NCBI GenBank assembly: GCA_032718475.1
Contig: JAUCBJ010006757.1
Coordinates: forward strand, 18,822-82,821
Reading direction: 5' to 3'
From: Nemertoderma westbladi
Taxonomy: Eukaryota > Animalia > Xenacoelomorpha
Length of the DNA stretch: 64,000 nucleotides
Below the pieces are notes generated by a model, which was not told where the DNA came from, did no database searches, and worked only from the letters and a program-made list of their open reading frames with translations. Numbering within the stretch: position 1 is the stretch's first letter; every line of letters starts with the position of its first letter. Positions 35,293 to 46,719 of this stretch are shown one piece after another. Position numbers and translations under genes: made by a program.

Positions 35293-36520
35293 TGTTCGCG
35301 CTTTTGAAGACCTTTAGCAGTTTAACCTGCCAAAATTTATGTCTTTTAGTTAATTAACACACCTTTAGCATACGACAATATTTTATGCTAATAAACAAAA
35401 CATTAGCCGAAGCCAGCCCATGCGCGATCATTCACCCGATGGATCTACACCCGGGAGGCTGAATTCGGATGCTTAGATTTTATTATTGCAGTGTAAGGTT
35501 GCAGTGTAAACCTATTGTATTATTCGATAGATCGTTAATATGTAATTTCTGACAGATATTATTAACTTTCGGGAAATATTAACAGTTCCTTTAGGACGTG
35601 GCGCTCTATCTATTTAAACAGAGCTAGGACTTATACTAAACGCAACGATAAGGCTTATGATTAAAGTATAAGTCGCATTCTTTAGGAAATGCTTTGTTAC
35701 CAGTCACATCACACTCACAATCATGCACACTATTCTGCCGACCGTCAGTATATTTGATCACACCTAAAGAGAACAGCAATTGACTCAGGTAGTGTCTACT
35801 AAATAACATTAGATTCAATACACACCACATTGATATAAATCGCAATTGTTATATATAGCCCGCCTCTCTAACCTGTAGTGTATCAAGAAAATTGGGAATT
35901 TTGGGTGATTTATCCGTATTCTCCAAAGAGCAATATTTCCATCAACAAATAGATACAATTAATAACTGACGGTAAATAGCAGTACAAACAATATGATTAG
36001 TGCAGTTAAATTAAGTGAGGTAACACCGCCGGTAACAGTTATACTTTCTATAATCTAAGCAGTTTTACTAGAGTTCTTAGAGCCGGTGTTTCTGGCTTAG
36101 ACAGCAATAACAACAAAGTATCAAGTAAAAGCAGTAAGACTGAACACTCTCCTTATGATCGGCTGAAAAGCTACACGTCGACAGGAAAAATCGCTCTGAT
36201 TGGCTCAAGCCAAACAAAGAACTATGCGTCCAATGGATGTTTCCATGTCAGCAACCAGCTGTTAGATGTCGTAATATGAATCATCACGGCTAAGCTGTGA
36301 AAGGTAGTTGGTGCATTACAGGTTTTTTGCCTTACCATGTCCGCCAAAACACGTATATAGCAGAATGACTTTTATGTCCGTTAAAACACCTGTAACGGTA
36401 CCTTGCGGGCGAGGGGAATATATATACAGTTAGAGAACCTTTTTAGAGTATTCCAGCGCCTGGGGGGAAACTGGATTGCGAAGCAAAAGGGGCCAGTTAT
36501 ATCCCACAGAAGCTTTTACA
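35293..36520 (-). repeat. 3' LTR of element 2
   Basis: TGTTCGCG...CTTTTACA. By eye it differs from the 5' LTR only by a 2-bp AT indel. Confidence 0.97.
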
Positions 36521-36598
36521 CCGCTCCCAGAAAATGGGATTTGAGTCTATAAATATACAAAAATCACAGTTTCTAATATACGTAAATACTCTAAACAG

Positions 36599-38048
36599 TT
36601 AGTCTTTCTTGCGCGGACGGCGTTTACGCAGTTTTTTAAAGCTAGCAAGAGTCCTTTTCTCTTTGGGGCGAGCCACTTTACGAGGAGGGCTATAACTCCT
36701 GGGTGAAGGGTGCAATATGATTGCATCAGAAGGTATGGGATTGCGATCGGTATATCCGCCGGTCGAAGTACCGGGTTGATTGACATCAACGTCCGGGGAG
36801 AGGGGTCTAACGGCTTTGAGAGCTCGTTTCAAGACAGCCGCTCTTACGGGTCCTTTACGAGTGGTCTGAACGAGGGCCGTGGGTGGACCATAGGCAGTTA
36901 GAAACTTCCTTGGTTTAATGGTTCTTTCCAACTCGCGTTCGCGGGCTCTGTACTCGTAAGGCCGTCGATATACTTCCTGTAACTCAGGGTGTGAGTTGAC
37001 AAATAAGTCTCCATAGGCCGGATCTTGACGGATAAAGTTTATTAAGTTATACGAATTGATGTCACTCGGATTAATGCTCCTGAGGAATTTGCGTACATAT
37101 TTGGTTGAAATACATTCTCCAACGCGCTTCAATAGTTCATAACTTGATAGGCGCGATTTCTGCTCGACGGAGGCAAACAAATATGGATGGAACGCATAAA
37201 CTCCTTCGTAGGCGCTTCCAGGATAATAGCGATGGCGTGAATCACAATGTAAATCAGCGTTCGCTTCCCAAGCTCTGATGTAACGTAGTGTGATCATTTC
37301 ATCTACGCTTTCCAAATCGTGATTAAAAGGGCAATCGAAACTGGCATGTCTCCTTTAGTTGACAATGGTGACATTGAGTCATAAATTGAGGGCAAACCGC
37401 AAAAATATGCAAATTATTAAATCTGCAATACGCGCAATAAATTTCCATCGCCGGTTGTTCGTGGAAATAGGAACAGCGGACGTTTGTGTCCATGGGCGTA
37501 ACATGGTCTCTCGATGCGCATAACCGACAACGTTGCCGAGAAACATAGTTGGCATGGCGATAATCGTACGCAGTGAGACACTGTGGACTTTGATACCATT
37601 CTAGGATGTAATCGTTGTCGCTGTTCCGAGCGCGATAGGCTGAATCTCCTCAGATTCTAGACATATTGGTTCGTCTTCCCAGTCTGTTACGAATAGAATT
37701 TTCGTGATCTATTCTCGGTTTATCGTTACGACGCCGCTGGGTATGATATTTAAATAGAACCATTTCCCTTTCGGTGTCTACATCGTCCGTATCATGTAAA
37801 TCGATAGGATGGCCAGTAGTTAAGAAGTCCATATACGTACCATTACGATTCGTATAGCGAGCGGTGAATTTTCTATAGTCCAATTCACGCGTAAGTTGTT
37901 CCTGGGACATCGGCGGTTCGATATAGCGACCATCGTCCTCCGTAATGGTTGGATCGGTTTCACCGCGTATCAAGCTATCCACAAACGCTTGTAAAGGTAG
38001 AGTATATCGCTCTCTAATACCAAGGTCATCTTCTATCAATTCCGTCAT
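36599..38048 (-). pseudogene. Accessory ORF of element 2 (~480 aa when repaired): conserved N-terminus, three CCHC-type zinc knuckles, basic C-terminal NLS-like tail
   Basis: Reading through the TGA at 37650-37652 gives CRLCASRDH...C and CAYCRFNNLHIFAVC. Removing 1 nt at ~37351 gives CHHCQLKGHASFDC and joins the 36599-37315 ORF ending KKLRKRRPRKKD. Confidence 0.75.
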
Positions 38049-39672
38049 ATCTGCTATCTGAGTTTATTAATATCAGTATGAGTTAATATTTAGGCAAGCG
38101 GGCGTCGCTGCCTACTAGTCTTTGCCCCCGGACAGTGGGTTTCTCAGCGCCGATGTACCGTCGTCGCGGTGTTTACGCCAACATGTAGCAACAGCACGAC
38201 AACGATAACCGGCACAAGTCCCACCACTGTCCGTCCCAAAGGCTTGAATCCACTTAAGGTTATCTCGGTAGAGTTAGGGCTACTTTACAATTGCGATTAG
38301 CTACTGTAAACACACTTTAGTAGTAACATTCACCTATAAACGCACAAATTCCATACAATCATTACTTACTGCACACATGCAGGCCATTTGTCCGTTAATC
38401 AGTGTCTTCCAGAATGTCACGTTATTACTATGTATCCTTGGATACTAATAGTGCGCTATGTATACTCTTATGCTACGCAATGGGGCAAGCTTTTTATTGT
38501 TCCTTTAACTTGCTTCTAATTCTAGCGTGGGTGTTGCCATGGTGACATTATGGAAAACTAGCGGTAGAATTAGGGTAATTCTCATGCATACAGATCTGGG
38601 ATGCTATTTAATAGTAATTCTTTAATTGTCAATATCCTCTTTATGCATGATTTTATAAATTTTATCGGCTATTGACTATATGTTGGAGATTCTCACACTC
38701 TAATACACTCAATATGAATCTCCGCTCCCATGATCTATTAATTACTGGAATTTTGGGAATGTTATAAATTGCACAAAATGACAATTTATGAAATTCATTT
38801 GAATATGAATTTAAATTTATTCCCGTGAATTTTATTATTTGATGTTAAATTGACACAAATTTTATTCCAGAGCATATCTGGGGACTTAGGATCCTTAATT
38901 CTATAAAATAGTCCTTCTAAGAATATCGGTAAATACTGCGATATCTGAATTGACTAGAAATTTTAAAGGATCGGGATTTTACAGATTTTAATAAATATTA
39001 AATTAATATTTAGGATGGGCACCGATTTATTCCAGAACTTGTCTGGGGACATTAACCACTGATTCTAGAATTTGTCTTTCAAGTATATCGGTGGGTGCCA
39101 CGATATCTTAATCGACTGGAATTACAGAAGGTCAAAAGTTTAACAGATTTATTTGCGATTTACGCTACTGTTAGAGGGACATCACGCTACTATATGTATT
39201 ATTTGTTATAAGGTAGAAGAGCAATATCGCACGAAGCAATGTCAGTGTGAAGAGGCAAGTCGTTTCCAAGGTCTACCCAGAGCTTGGTTTAGCCGAGACA
39301 CGAGGATCTGAACTTTGCATTCCTAATACTCTGCCTACCAATAATACTTAAATATAGTAGGAGCTTTATTGTACTTTAATAAGTACGGACATTTCATCTT
39401 ACTGTAGTCACGTATTTATAATATGATACGGACAGTAAGGAAAGAGAAAAAATAATTATTTCTCGCCGTCGCACTAAATATATATTATAAATAATTACGT
39501 ACGTAATAAACACTAATATATTGCACTAATCTACTAAATAATCCCTAAAATAACATTCTACCAAATAAAATTAAAGAAAACGATTATAATAATATTACAT
39601 AATAATACATACATAAATATAAAATAAAAACAAATATAAAATGATATAGTCACACACCCACTCCATATGTTA

Positions 39673-42600
39673 TTACGTTATGGAGTCCCTAGATATTTGT
39701 CGGATTAGGGAAGTGGTCGTAGGAAGAGTATCTTGCCTTCCATAGTTTCCGGACAGTTTTCGGTCTCTTTCCAGTAAACATAAACGACCAGCTGGGTGAT
39801 TGGGTTGTCGTGTTACTTTCTCCGCTCCCTTGGCCTGTCTAATCTCAGCCGGGTTAAGGTGGGGAGGCCATTCATCTTCTTCTTTACTTAGGGAGTCGGG
39901 TCCACCTAACCAGCCGGGAGTATCTATCCGTTCTTGAGGAGTCGCTCCTCTGGAAGCGATGTCGGCTAGATTAATCATCTCGGGGCGATGTCTCCATTGA
40001 TCTTCATTGGAGTTAATATCGTCATTATCTGAGGAGTATGGTGTTCCCTCAGTTAGTTCGTCCACTTCACTGCTCTCCACTTCCCAACCATTTATCTGGC
40101 ATATTCTTTCTGGTGGTAGTCTCTCTTCGAGAGTTCTGCGGGAAGGGCCAGTAAAGTACCAACCTACTCTAGTTCTTACCGCATAGGTTTGTAGTGGCTG
40201 CGGTTGAGCAGGTCGTTTTTCCAATGTCTCGAGCGCCTCGTGCGCGTTTTGGCCGATAAGTATTTGCACTCCAGGATAATCCGTCTGGAATCGAGGTATC
40301 TTAAGATGTTGGATGCTCTCATCCTCGTCCCAATTATAAAGGTCTGCTTGGGTAGTAGCGAAGTTCTTTATAGCCACCATTTTTACTGACCTTATACTTT
40401 GTGCTCCTAATTTATCCTGGGGGGTGGACAACGCACCTACATAGTAATCTGCCGTTATGGTAGATTTCCAAACCTGTATAATTCCTGACATATTCAATTT
40501 AGTCCGGAACTTGGGTTGTCCAGCAAAGATATCTTCGGCTAGTTCTTGATCGATGAATGTTCCTGTGCTGCCGGAGTCAAGTAGGGCGTTCACTATGTAA
40601 CTCTTGTTGGGACCATGAACTCGAACTTGCACTACAGGAAATTCTCTTATTCCTATGTTGGAAGTTGGAACTTTCCAAGATGGTTGTTTGTCAAAAGGAG
40701 TTGGAGTAAACTCGTCAGTGTCCTTTTCATCCGTAAGTGCTCGATACACTGTGGTATTTATTAGGTAACAGGATTCGTTGGCGTCGGAGAATTCGTCCGT
40801 ATAGAATCCTTCCCACTCAGAACTTTGGTCAGTGTCGTTCACATCACTGAATTGGACATGTGATTTGGGCTCACTTACCTGACTCGGGCTGTTTCGTTCG
40901 AATTCACTTTGTAACAAGATGTGATGCTTCGCACCGCACTTTGCACACTTTATGTCGGAGTAACAGGTTCGCCGCTGGTGTCCGCGTCTGAGGCAATTAT
41001 AGCATAACCGCTTGTCCCACACAACTGTACGTCTGTCTACAAGGGATTTCTTTAGGAATTCCGCACACGCACTCAAACGGTGGGGCCCGTCGCACAGCGC
41101 ACAGTTGGGTTTAATGTTACTCACCTTATTTTGGGTGACGTTATGCACTCTAGTTCTTTCTTCGGGCTTTCTTCCGAGTACTCTGTTAGGAAACTGAAGA
41201 GGAGTCTTAGCAACCTGTTCTCTCCTGTCATGGGTTCGAGCTTTAGATTTACTTACGTTCTTTGAGGTCTTGTTAACATAGTAAAATTTCTCGGTGTCTT
41301 CCTCGCTGTCTTCTTCTTGAGAAGCTTGGCTTTCGCCGTCATCAGTATAACACACCGGTGTTACTCTTCTCCTAGAAACGGGTTTCTCACTTACCTTATT
41401 TTCCGGTGTTTTCTCTCTGGATTGCTTTAGGAGTTGTAATTTCACTTCGCCATCCAAGAATGACATGAGATCAGCCATGGTAGGGTCTCGTTGTTGTTGT
41501 TCCATCGTATATAACACCTTCTTGTCCCAGCGTGTACCTACTCCACCCTTGGGCAAAGTAGATGCTAAGGCTCCTACAACCATAGAATTCTGGTATTCAT
41601 GAGACTTACCTAACCAATCTAGTTGTCTACAGATCTCCTGAATCTCATCGGAAAACTCTATAATCCCGCTGCTAAGAAACTTTCGGGGGGCCATTAATTT
41701 CGCATATAAATACCTAGCTATGTTATTCCTATTACCATACCTGATGTTTAGTGTATCCCAAACTTGTCTTAATCCATCTGGATGTCCAATAAATTTTAAC
41801 GCCATTGACTTGGGAGGTCCTTCCAAGCACTCGATGAGGAATCTAAGTTTCTCTCCGTTGGATAACACAGAGTTCTGTATGTTATCTTTATAATATTCAT
41901 TAAAAGGTAACCATTTCATCTCATCTCCATTGAACTTGACTATCTCTCCAACCTTTACCGCTTGACGGGCTTCGGTTCTAGCCATTTGACGCGTAAAACT
42001 TTCTTGGGCCATCGTGTTATTGAATATCGAGTTATCGGTATATAAATTTCTCGAATTATTATCAAGTCTATTGGGAATGTCATTAACAACAGGCGTATAA
42101 TCACCCTTAATAGGGTTTGCTATAGGAGTTTCTACTTCACTAGCAGTATAGATGCGTGTAGGCTCCACACCTTGCGCATGTAATACTTCAGACCTAACAG
42201 GCTGACACACTGTTACAGGGGTTATTGGTATTCCCTTTTGTAGGTTGACTAATTTGTCGCATTCTAGTGCGATACTTTGCTGCACTTTTTGCAACTCTAA
42301 CCTACTTTCCCTTACTGTTCCCTTGAGCTGCTGAACAGTCTCTTCCATTTCCCTGACCTGCTGAGAGGAGCACAAACAGTGTTCCCTCAGCTGCTCGAGC
42401 AGGAGACCCATCTCCCGTCGTCCCTCAGCTACCCACTCAACCGCCGAAGCGGGAGTCGCCAACGTAGTAGCGGGCGAGCGAGAGACGACGGGCGATAAAT
42501 TCTTGATACCTCGCTCGGCGTCCAGGACGGGTTCGGACTCGGGAACAGTCCTACTGGGCACAGGTAGTCTTCTGGTTTGTTTCTTCAAGTAATCTTGTTT

Positions 42601-42777
42601 CGCCTGAAGGTTTTCCAGCTCTAGTTGGATAGTCGCTTCAGACGTCTTCCGTTCTGCTTCTGCCACTGCCTCTGCCGCTTTTCTGTCTTCTCTCCTTTCA
42701 AGACACTGTCCAAGTCGACGACTCATTCTAAAACCCTCTAAGAGACTATCTGACAATGTTTGTGTTGTGTCAGACAT
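39673..42777 (-). CDS. Gag-protease polyprotein of element 2 (1034 aa), with RT, RNase H and integrase deleted in frame
   Basis: Colinear with element 1 Gag/PR. PYSSDNDD jumps to DQWRH..NLADIASRG..KGAEKV, then to GRLCLLERD and the native C-terminus. Confidence 0.92.
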   Translation of the reverse strand: MSDTTQTLSDSLLEGFRMSRRLGQCLERREDRKAAEAVAEAERKTSEATIQLELENLQAKQDYLKKQTRRLPVPSRTVPESEPVLDAERGIKNLSPVVSRSPATTLATPASAVEWVAEGRREMGLLLEQLREHCLCSSQQVREMEETVQQLKGTVRESRLELQKVQQSIALECDKLVNLQKGIPITPVTVCQPVRSEVLHAQGVEPTRIYTASEVETPIANPIKGDYTPVVNDIPNRLDNNSRNLYTDNSIFNNTMAQESFTRQMARTEARQAVKVGEIVKFNGDEMKWLPFNEYYKDNIQNSVLSNGEKLRFLIECLEGPPKSMALKFIGHPDGLRQVWDTLNIRYGNRNNIARYLYAKLMAPRKFLSSGIIEFSDEIQEICRQLDWLGKSHEYQNSMVVGALASTLPKGGVGTRWDKKVLYTMEQQQRDPTMADLMSFLDGEVKLQLLKQSREKTPENKVSEKPVSRRRVTPVCYTDDGESQASQEEDSEEDTEKFYYVNKTSKNVSKSKARTHDRREQVAKTPLQFPNRVLGRKPEERTRVHNVTQNKVSNIKPNCALCDGPHRLSACAEFLKKSLVDRRTVVWDKRLCYNCLRRGHQRRTCYSDIKCAKCGAKHHILLQSEFERNSPSQVSEPKSHVQFSDVNDTDQSSEWEGFYTDEFSDANESCYLINTTVYRALTDEKDTDEFTPTPFDKQPSWKVPTSNIGIREFPVVQVRVHGPNKSYIVNALLDSGSTGTFIDQELAEDIFAGQPKFRTKLNMSGIIQVWKSTITADYYVGALSTPQDKLGAQSIRSVKMVAIKNFATTQADLYNWDEDESIQHLKIPRFQTDYPGVQILIGQNAHEALETLEKRPAQPQPLQTYAVRTRVGWYFTGPSRRTLEERLPPERICQINGWEVESSEVDELTEGTPYSSDNDDINSNEDQWRHRPEMINLADIASRGATPQERIDTPGWLGGPDSLSKEEDEWPPHLNPAEIRQAKGAEKVTRQPNHPAGRLCLLERDRKLSGNYGRQDTLPTTTSLIRQISRDSIT

Positions 42778-44648
42778 TTCGCTTTATACAGTTGGATGCC
42801 TACTGCTATATATACAGTTAAAGCAAGTCTAGTAATTCAGTATCACTGCTAGCCTAATAATTAATTACCGATACTGCTACTCAATGTAGCGTGATATATA
42901 TATATAATATATTAGAATACCGGTATGCTTATAGTATATATAAGTATTATTACAGACGAGATTTGTCACAGAGTACCGGTATATAAATTTAGCACAAATA
43001 TATATAAATATATAATAGGCCTATAGTGAATACCGGTATACAGCTTACACTTATAGTATATATAAGTATAATTATGAACTAGAATTAATTACAGAGTACC
43101 GGTATGATTTCAGCTCAAATTTATAGAAATAAATATAATAAGCCTATGGTAAATACTGGTATGTCAATTATTTTAGAATAATTGAATTTCTGAATATTTT
43201 AGGGTTACTTGGTTACTTTAACTTACTTTATTACCGTTATTTAAGCAGTAGTCCAACTGATATTGAGACCTAGTTGTTGTATGGCAGGCCTACTATTTAT
43301 AAATCGTTTGAGTTGATTTATAATATTTATATACCAGTTTAAAATGGGTTTTTGTCAATATTTGAAATAAATGTTATTATTTCTGGGGGAGTCACTACAC
43401 AGAAGCTGAACGCCTCTCAGTGAAGTGCTATTTATTTGACACTAAAACTGATAATTCTAATTTACCTAAGTTACTTAATACTACAAATTACTTACGATAC
43501 GGGTGAGATTAATTCTCTAATTAAACACAACAAAATATTACGTACGAAATTTTTAGGGTAATTTTACAGGAAGTCTACAAACCAGTCCAACAAAGGGTTA
43601 GATTTCTGGTTATTACAAAGGACAGGGTACTACGGTATTTAAATAATAAGTAGTAGTAAATATATTGTACTGTCCAGATAGGAAAATACCACCGCCTGAC
43701 GACCTATAACCGTATCGCTATAGGTACTACGTTATGTATCACGGATTGTTCCTACCCAGAAGCTAATAGAGCTAACGAATGTGCCTATCAACCACTTTAC
43801 AACACAAATATAGCCTACTGCCTACACTAATTACTTCGGAAAGCACTGTACACTAAACCCTAAATTAGGTACAAGTACCGGTATAACAAATAATCAGTAG
43901 TTAAATATACTTGAACAGTTAAAAGAACCACGGCATCTGCTGGAGTGACCGAAGCACAAAATCTCCAGTCTTTACCTACGCCGAGCAGCCCTGATGTAGT
44001 ACCGGGGTTAGTTTAACTATAACGGTATGTATAACAAGCACAATTACTGTAGGAATAAACTTGGGGACATGAATGTTGCGAATAATCGCATAAACTAGTG
44101 TATTACGGTACCTGAACAGACCACACAAACAAACACAGGCTAAAACACTGGCAGACTACGATCAAGCCTAAATAAACTACAGTATATGCAGATTCTGAAA
44201 CTGTTAGTTAGTATGCGTTCTAACACGGTAGTACGACTTATTCTTTAAGAGGGGATTGACCTTCAGCATATGGCTGCCCCAACTTACTAACGGCACTTTA
44301 TCAGACAAACTCTACACACGCCGTAATCTCTCCAAACCCAACAACAGTCAGACAGCAGCTCAGCCTACAATTATCTGAACAATCTGAGCAGGGTCACACG
44401 CCTTCTGCTCAATATTAGCCTACTAGTAAATAAAACCGACAGAAATAAGTAAACTATACAAAAGAATGAGGGGTGATCAATCCCTATTCCCCTGGCAGCC
44501 TACAATATACAATAGATCACAATCGAAATAATACTAAATGTACTTGTACAGCAGTACCGGTACCGGTGATGACAGTTAGGCCTACAGACCTACAGAAATA
44601 CCGGTTACTACGGTATTTTGCAACCTTATTGCCTACTGCAATAAGATC

Positions 44649-44659
44649 ATAACTGTTAC
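44649..44659 (-). other. Non-tRNA primer-binding site of element 2 (GTAACAGTTAT)
   Basis: Abuts the 5' LTR. A perfect 11-nt partner lies in both LTRs (45401-45411 and 36032-36042). Confidence 0.78.
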
Positions 44660-45889
44660 TGTTCGCGCTTTTGAAGACCTTTAGCAGTTTAACCTGCCAA
44701 AATTTATATGTCTTTTAGTTAATTAACACACCTTTAGCATACGACAATATTTTATGCTAATAAACAAAACATTAGCCGAAGCCAGCCCATGCGCGATCAT
44801 TCACCCGATGGATCTACACCCGGGAGGCTGAATTCGGATGCTTAGATTTTATTATTGCAGTGTAAGGTTGCAGTGTAAACCTATTGTATTATTCGATAGA
44901 TCGTTAATATGTAATTTCTGACAGATATTATTAACTTTCGGGAAATATTAACAGTTCCTTTAGGACGTGGCGCTCTATCTATTTAAACAGAGCTAGGACT
45001 TATACTAAACGCAACGATAAGGCTTATGATTAAAGTATAAGTCGCATTCTTTAGGAAATGCTTTGTTACCAGTCACATCACACTCACAATCATGCACACT
45101 ATTCTGCCGACCGTCAGTATATTTGATCACACCTAAAGAGAACAGCAATTGACTCAGGTAGTGTCTACTAAATAACATTAGATTCAATACACACCACATT
45201 GATATAAATCGCAATTGTTATATATAGCCCGCCTCTCTAACCTGTAGTGTATCAAGAAAATTGGGAATTTTGGGTGATTTATCCGTATTCTCCAAAGAGC
45301 AATATTTCCATCAACAAATAGATACAATTAATAACTGACGGTAAATAGCAGTACAAACAATATGATTAGTGCAGTTAAATTAAGTGAGGTAACACCGCCG
45401 GTAACAGTTATACTTTCTATAATCTAAGCAGTTTTACTAGAGTTCTTAGAGCCGGTGTTTCTGGCTTAGACAGCAATAACAACAAAGTATCAAGTAAAAG
45501 CAGTAAGACTGAACACTCTCCTTATGATCGGCTGAAAAGCTACACGTCGACAGGAAAAATCGCTCTGATTGGCTCAAGCCAAACAAAGAACTATGCGTCC
45601 AATGGATGTTTCCATGTCAGCAACCAGCTGTTAGATGTCGTAATATGAATCATCACGGCTAAGCTGTGAAAGGTAGTTGGTGCATTACAGGTTTTTTGCC
45701 TTACCATGTCCGCCAAAACACGTATATAGCAGAATGACTTTTATGTCCGTTAAAACACCTGTAACGGTACCTTGCGGGCGAGGGGAATATATATACAGTT
45801 AGAGAACCTTTTTAGAGTATTCCAGCGCCTGGGGGGAAACTGGATTGCGAAGCAAAAGGGGCCAGTTATATCCCACAGAAGCTTTTACA
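44660..45889 (-). repeat. 5' LTR of element 2
   Basis: Direct repeat of 35293-36520, followed by TSD ATATG. Confidence 0.97.
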
Positions 45890-46719
45890 ATATGTTTAAA
45901 ACAATTATCAAATGTATTTCTAATATAAACTTCGAAAATGTGTCATTTTTGGTTTTTGGTGCAATTAAGTGACCCTCAAACATAGACACAAAAAAATTTC
46001 AATTTTTTTTAGGTTCCAGGTGTGTCTCGATAGGTACTCCGACCTTCTGGAAATTTTCATGAAATTCCATGTTGTATTTAGTTGTTCTACTGTAGAAAGT
46101 TTTAAGTACATAACTACAAATAATTCCCCACAAATAAATAAAATGAAATTCTCCATTGTTCATAATTAGCACTTTAATGTTTTACTGCCCATATTTTATT
46201 ATTTCCCTGCTATCAGGTCTTGAACTAATAACACAAGCAGCTGTCGGTCGATTAAGCTACAATTTTGCAATTTCTACAACAAATCTAGTGATAGGAAATA
46301 GTCGAAAGATGCACTTTTGTTCTGTTTTCTAGAAATTTTAGTGAGAAAAAATGTGGACTTTTCAGATAAAAATAATTTTTTTGCACAGACTAGCTGAGAA
46401 AAAATGGCCCGTATTTTCGTCTGGTCCTAAGGTACGTGCCTTATATGCCTTAAGGTTAATCCGGCACTGACTTAATGACTTGGTTATTGGGGTGTTTTGT
46501 AGGTATACTGACCCCCTTGTTGGCTTGTTTTTTAAGTTAGGGTTTGTTGGTCAGGCACAAAACCATAATTAAAGCAGTAATTGAACCCTGTAACAATCAT
46601 GAGTTTAAAAAGTCAGAAATTACACAAAATTTATTAGATTAGAGCCTGACTTAGGGTTAGGCATTAGGGTTGAATTGCTGCTTTAATTAGGGTTTGGGCC
46701 GCCACTCTTGTAACCTGCG

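Larger units (their letters stand above)
35293..45889 (-). mobile_element. Internally deleted (Gag-protease only) BEL/Pao LTR element 2
   Basis: LTRs at 35293-36520 and 44660-45889. TSD ATATG at 35288-35292 and 45890-45894. Homologous to element 1 throughout. Confidence 0.96.
32270..46469. mobile_element. Non-autonomous hAT-type DNA element hosting nested insertions (RTE fragment, BEL element 2)
   Basis: TIR CAGTGCCGGATTAA / TTAATCCGGCACTG. 8-bp TSD ACTCAATG (32262-32269) vs ACTTAATG (46470-46477), one mismatch. Confidence 0.75.

Noticed and set aside
37417-37599. 60-aa ORF with CQLC...CYAHG resembling element 1's CDEC...CFKHG
   Set aside because: A different frame continues the upstream ORF and gives three regular knuckles, so this match is probably coincidental.
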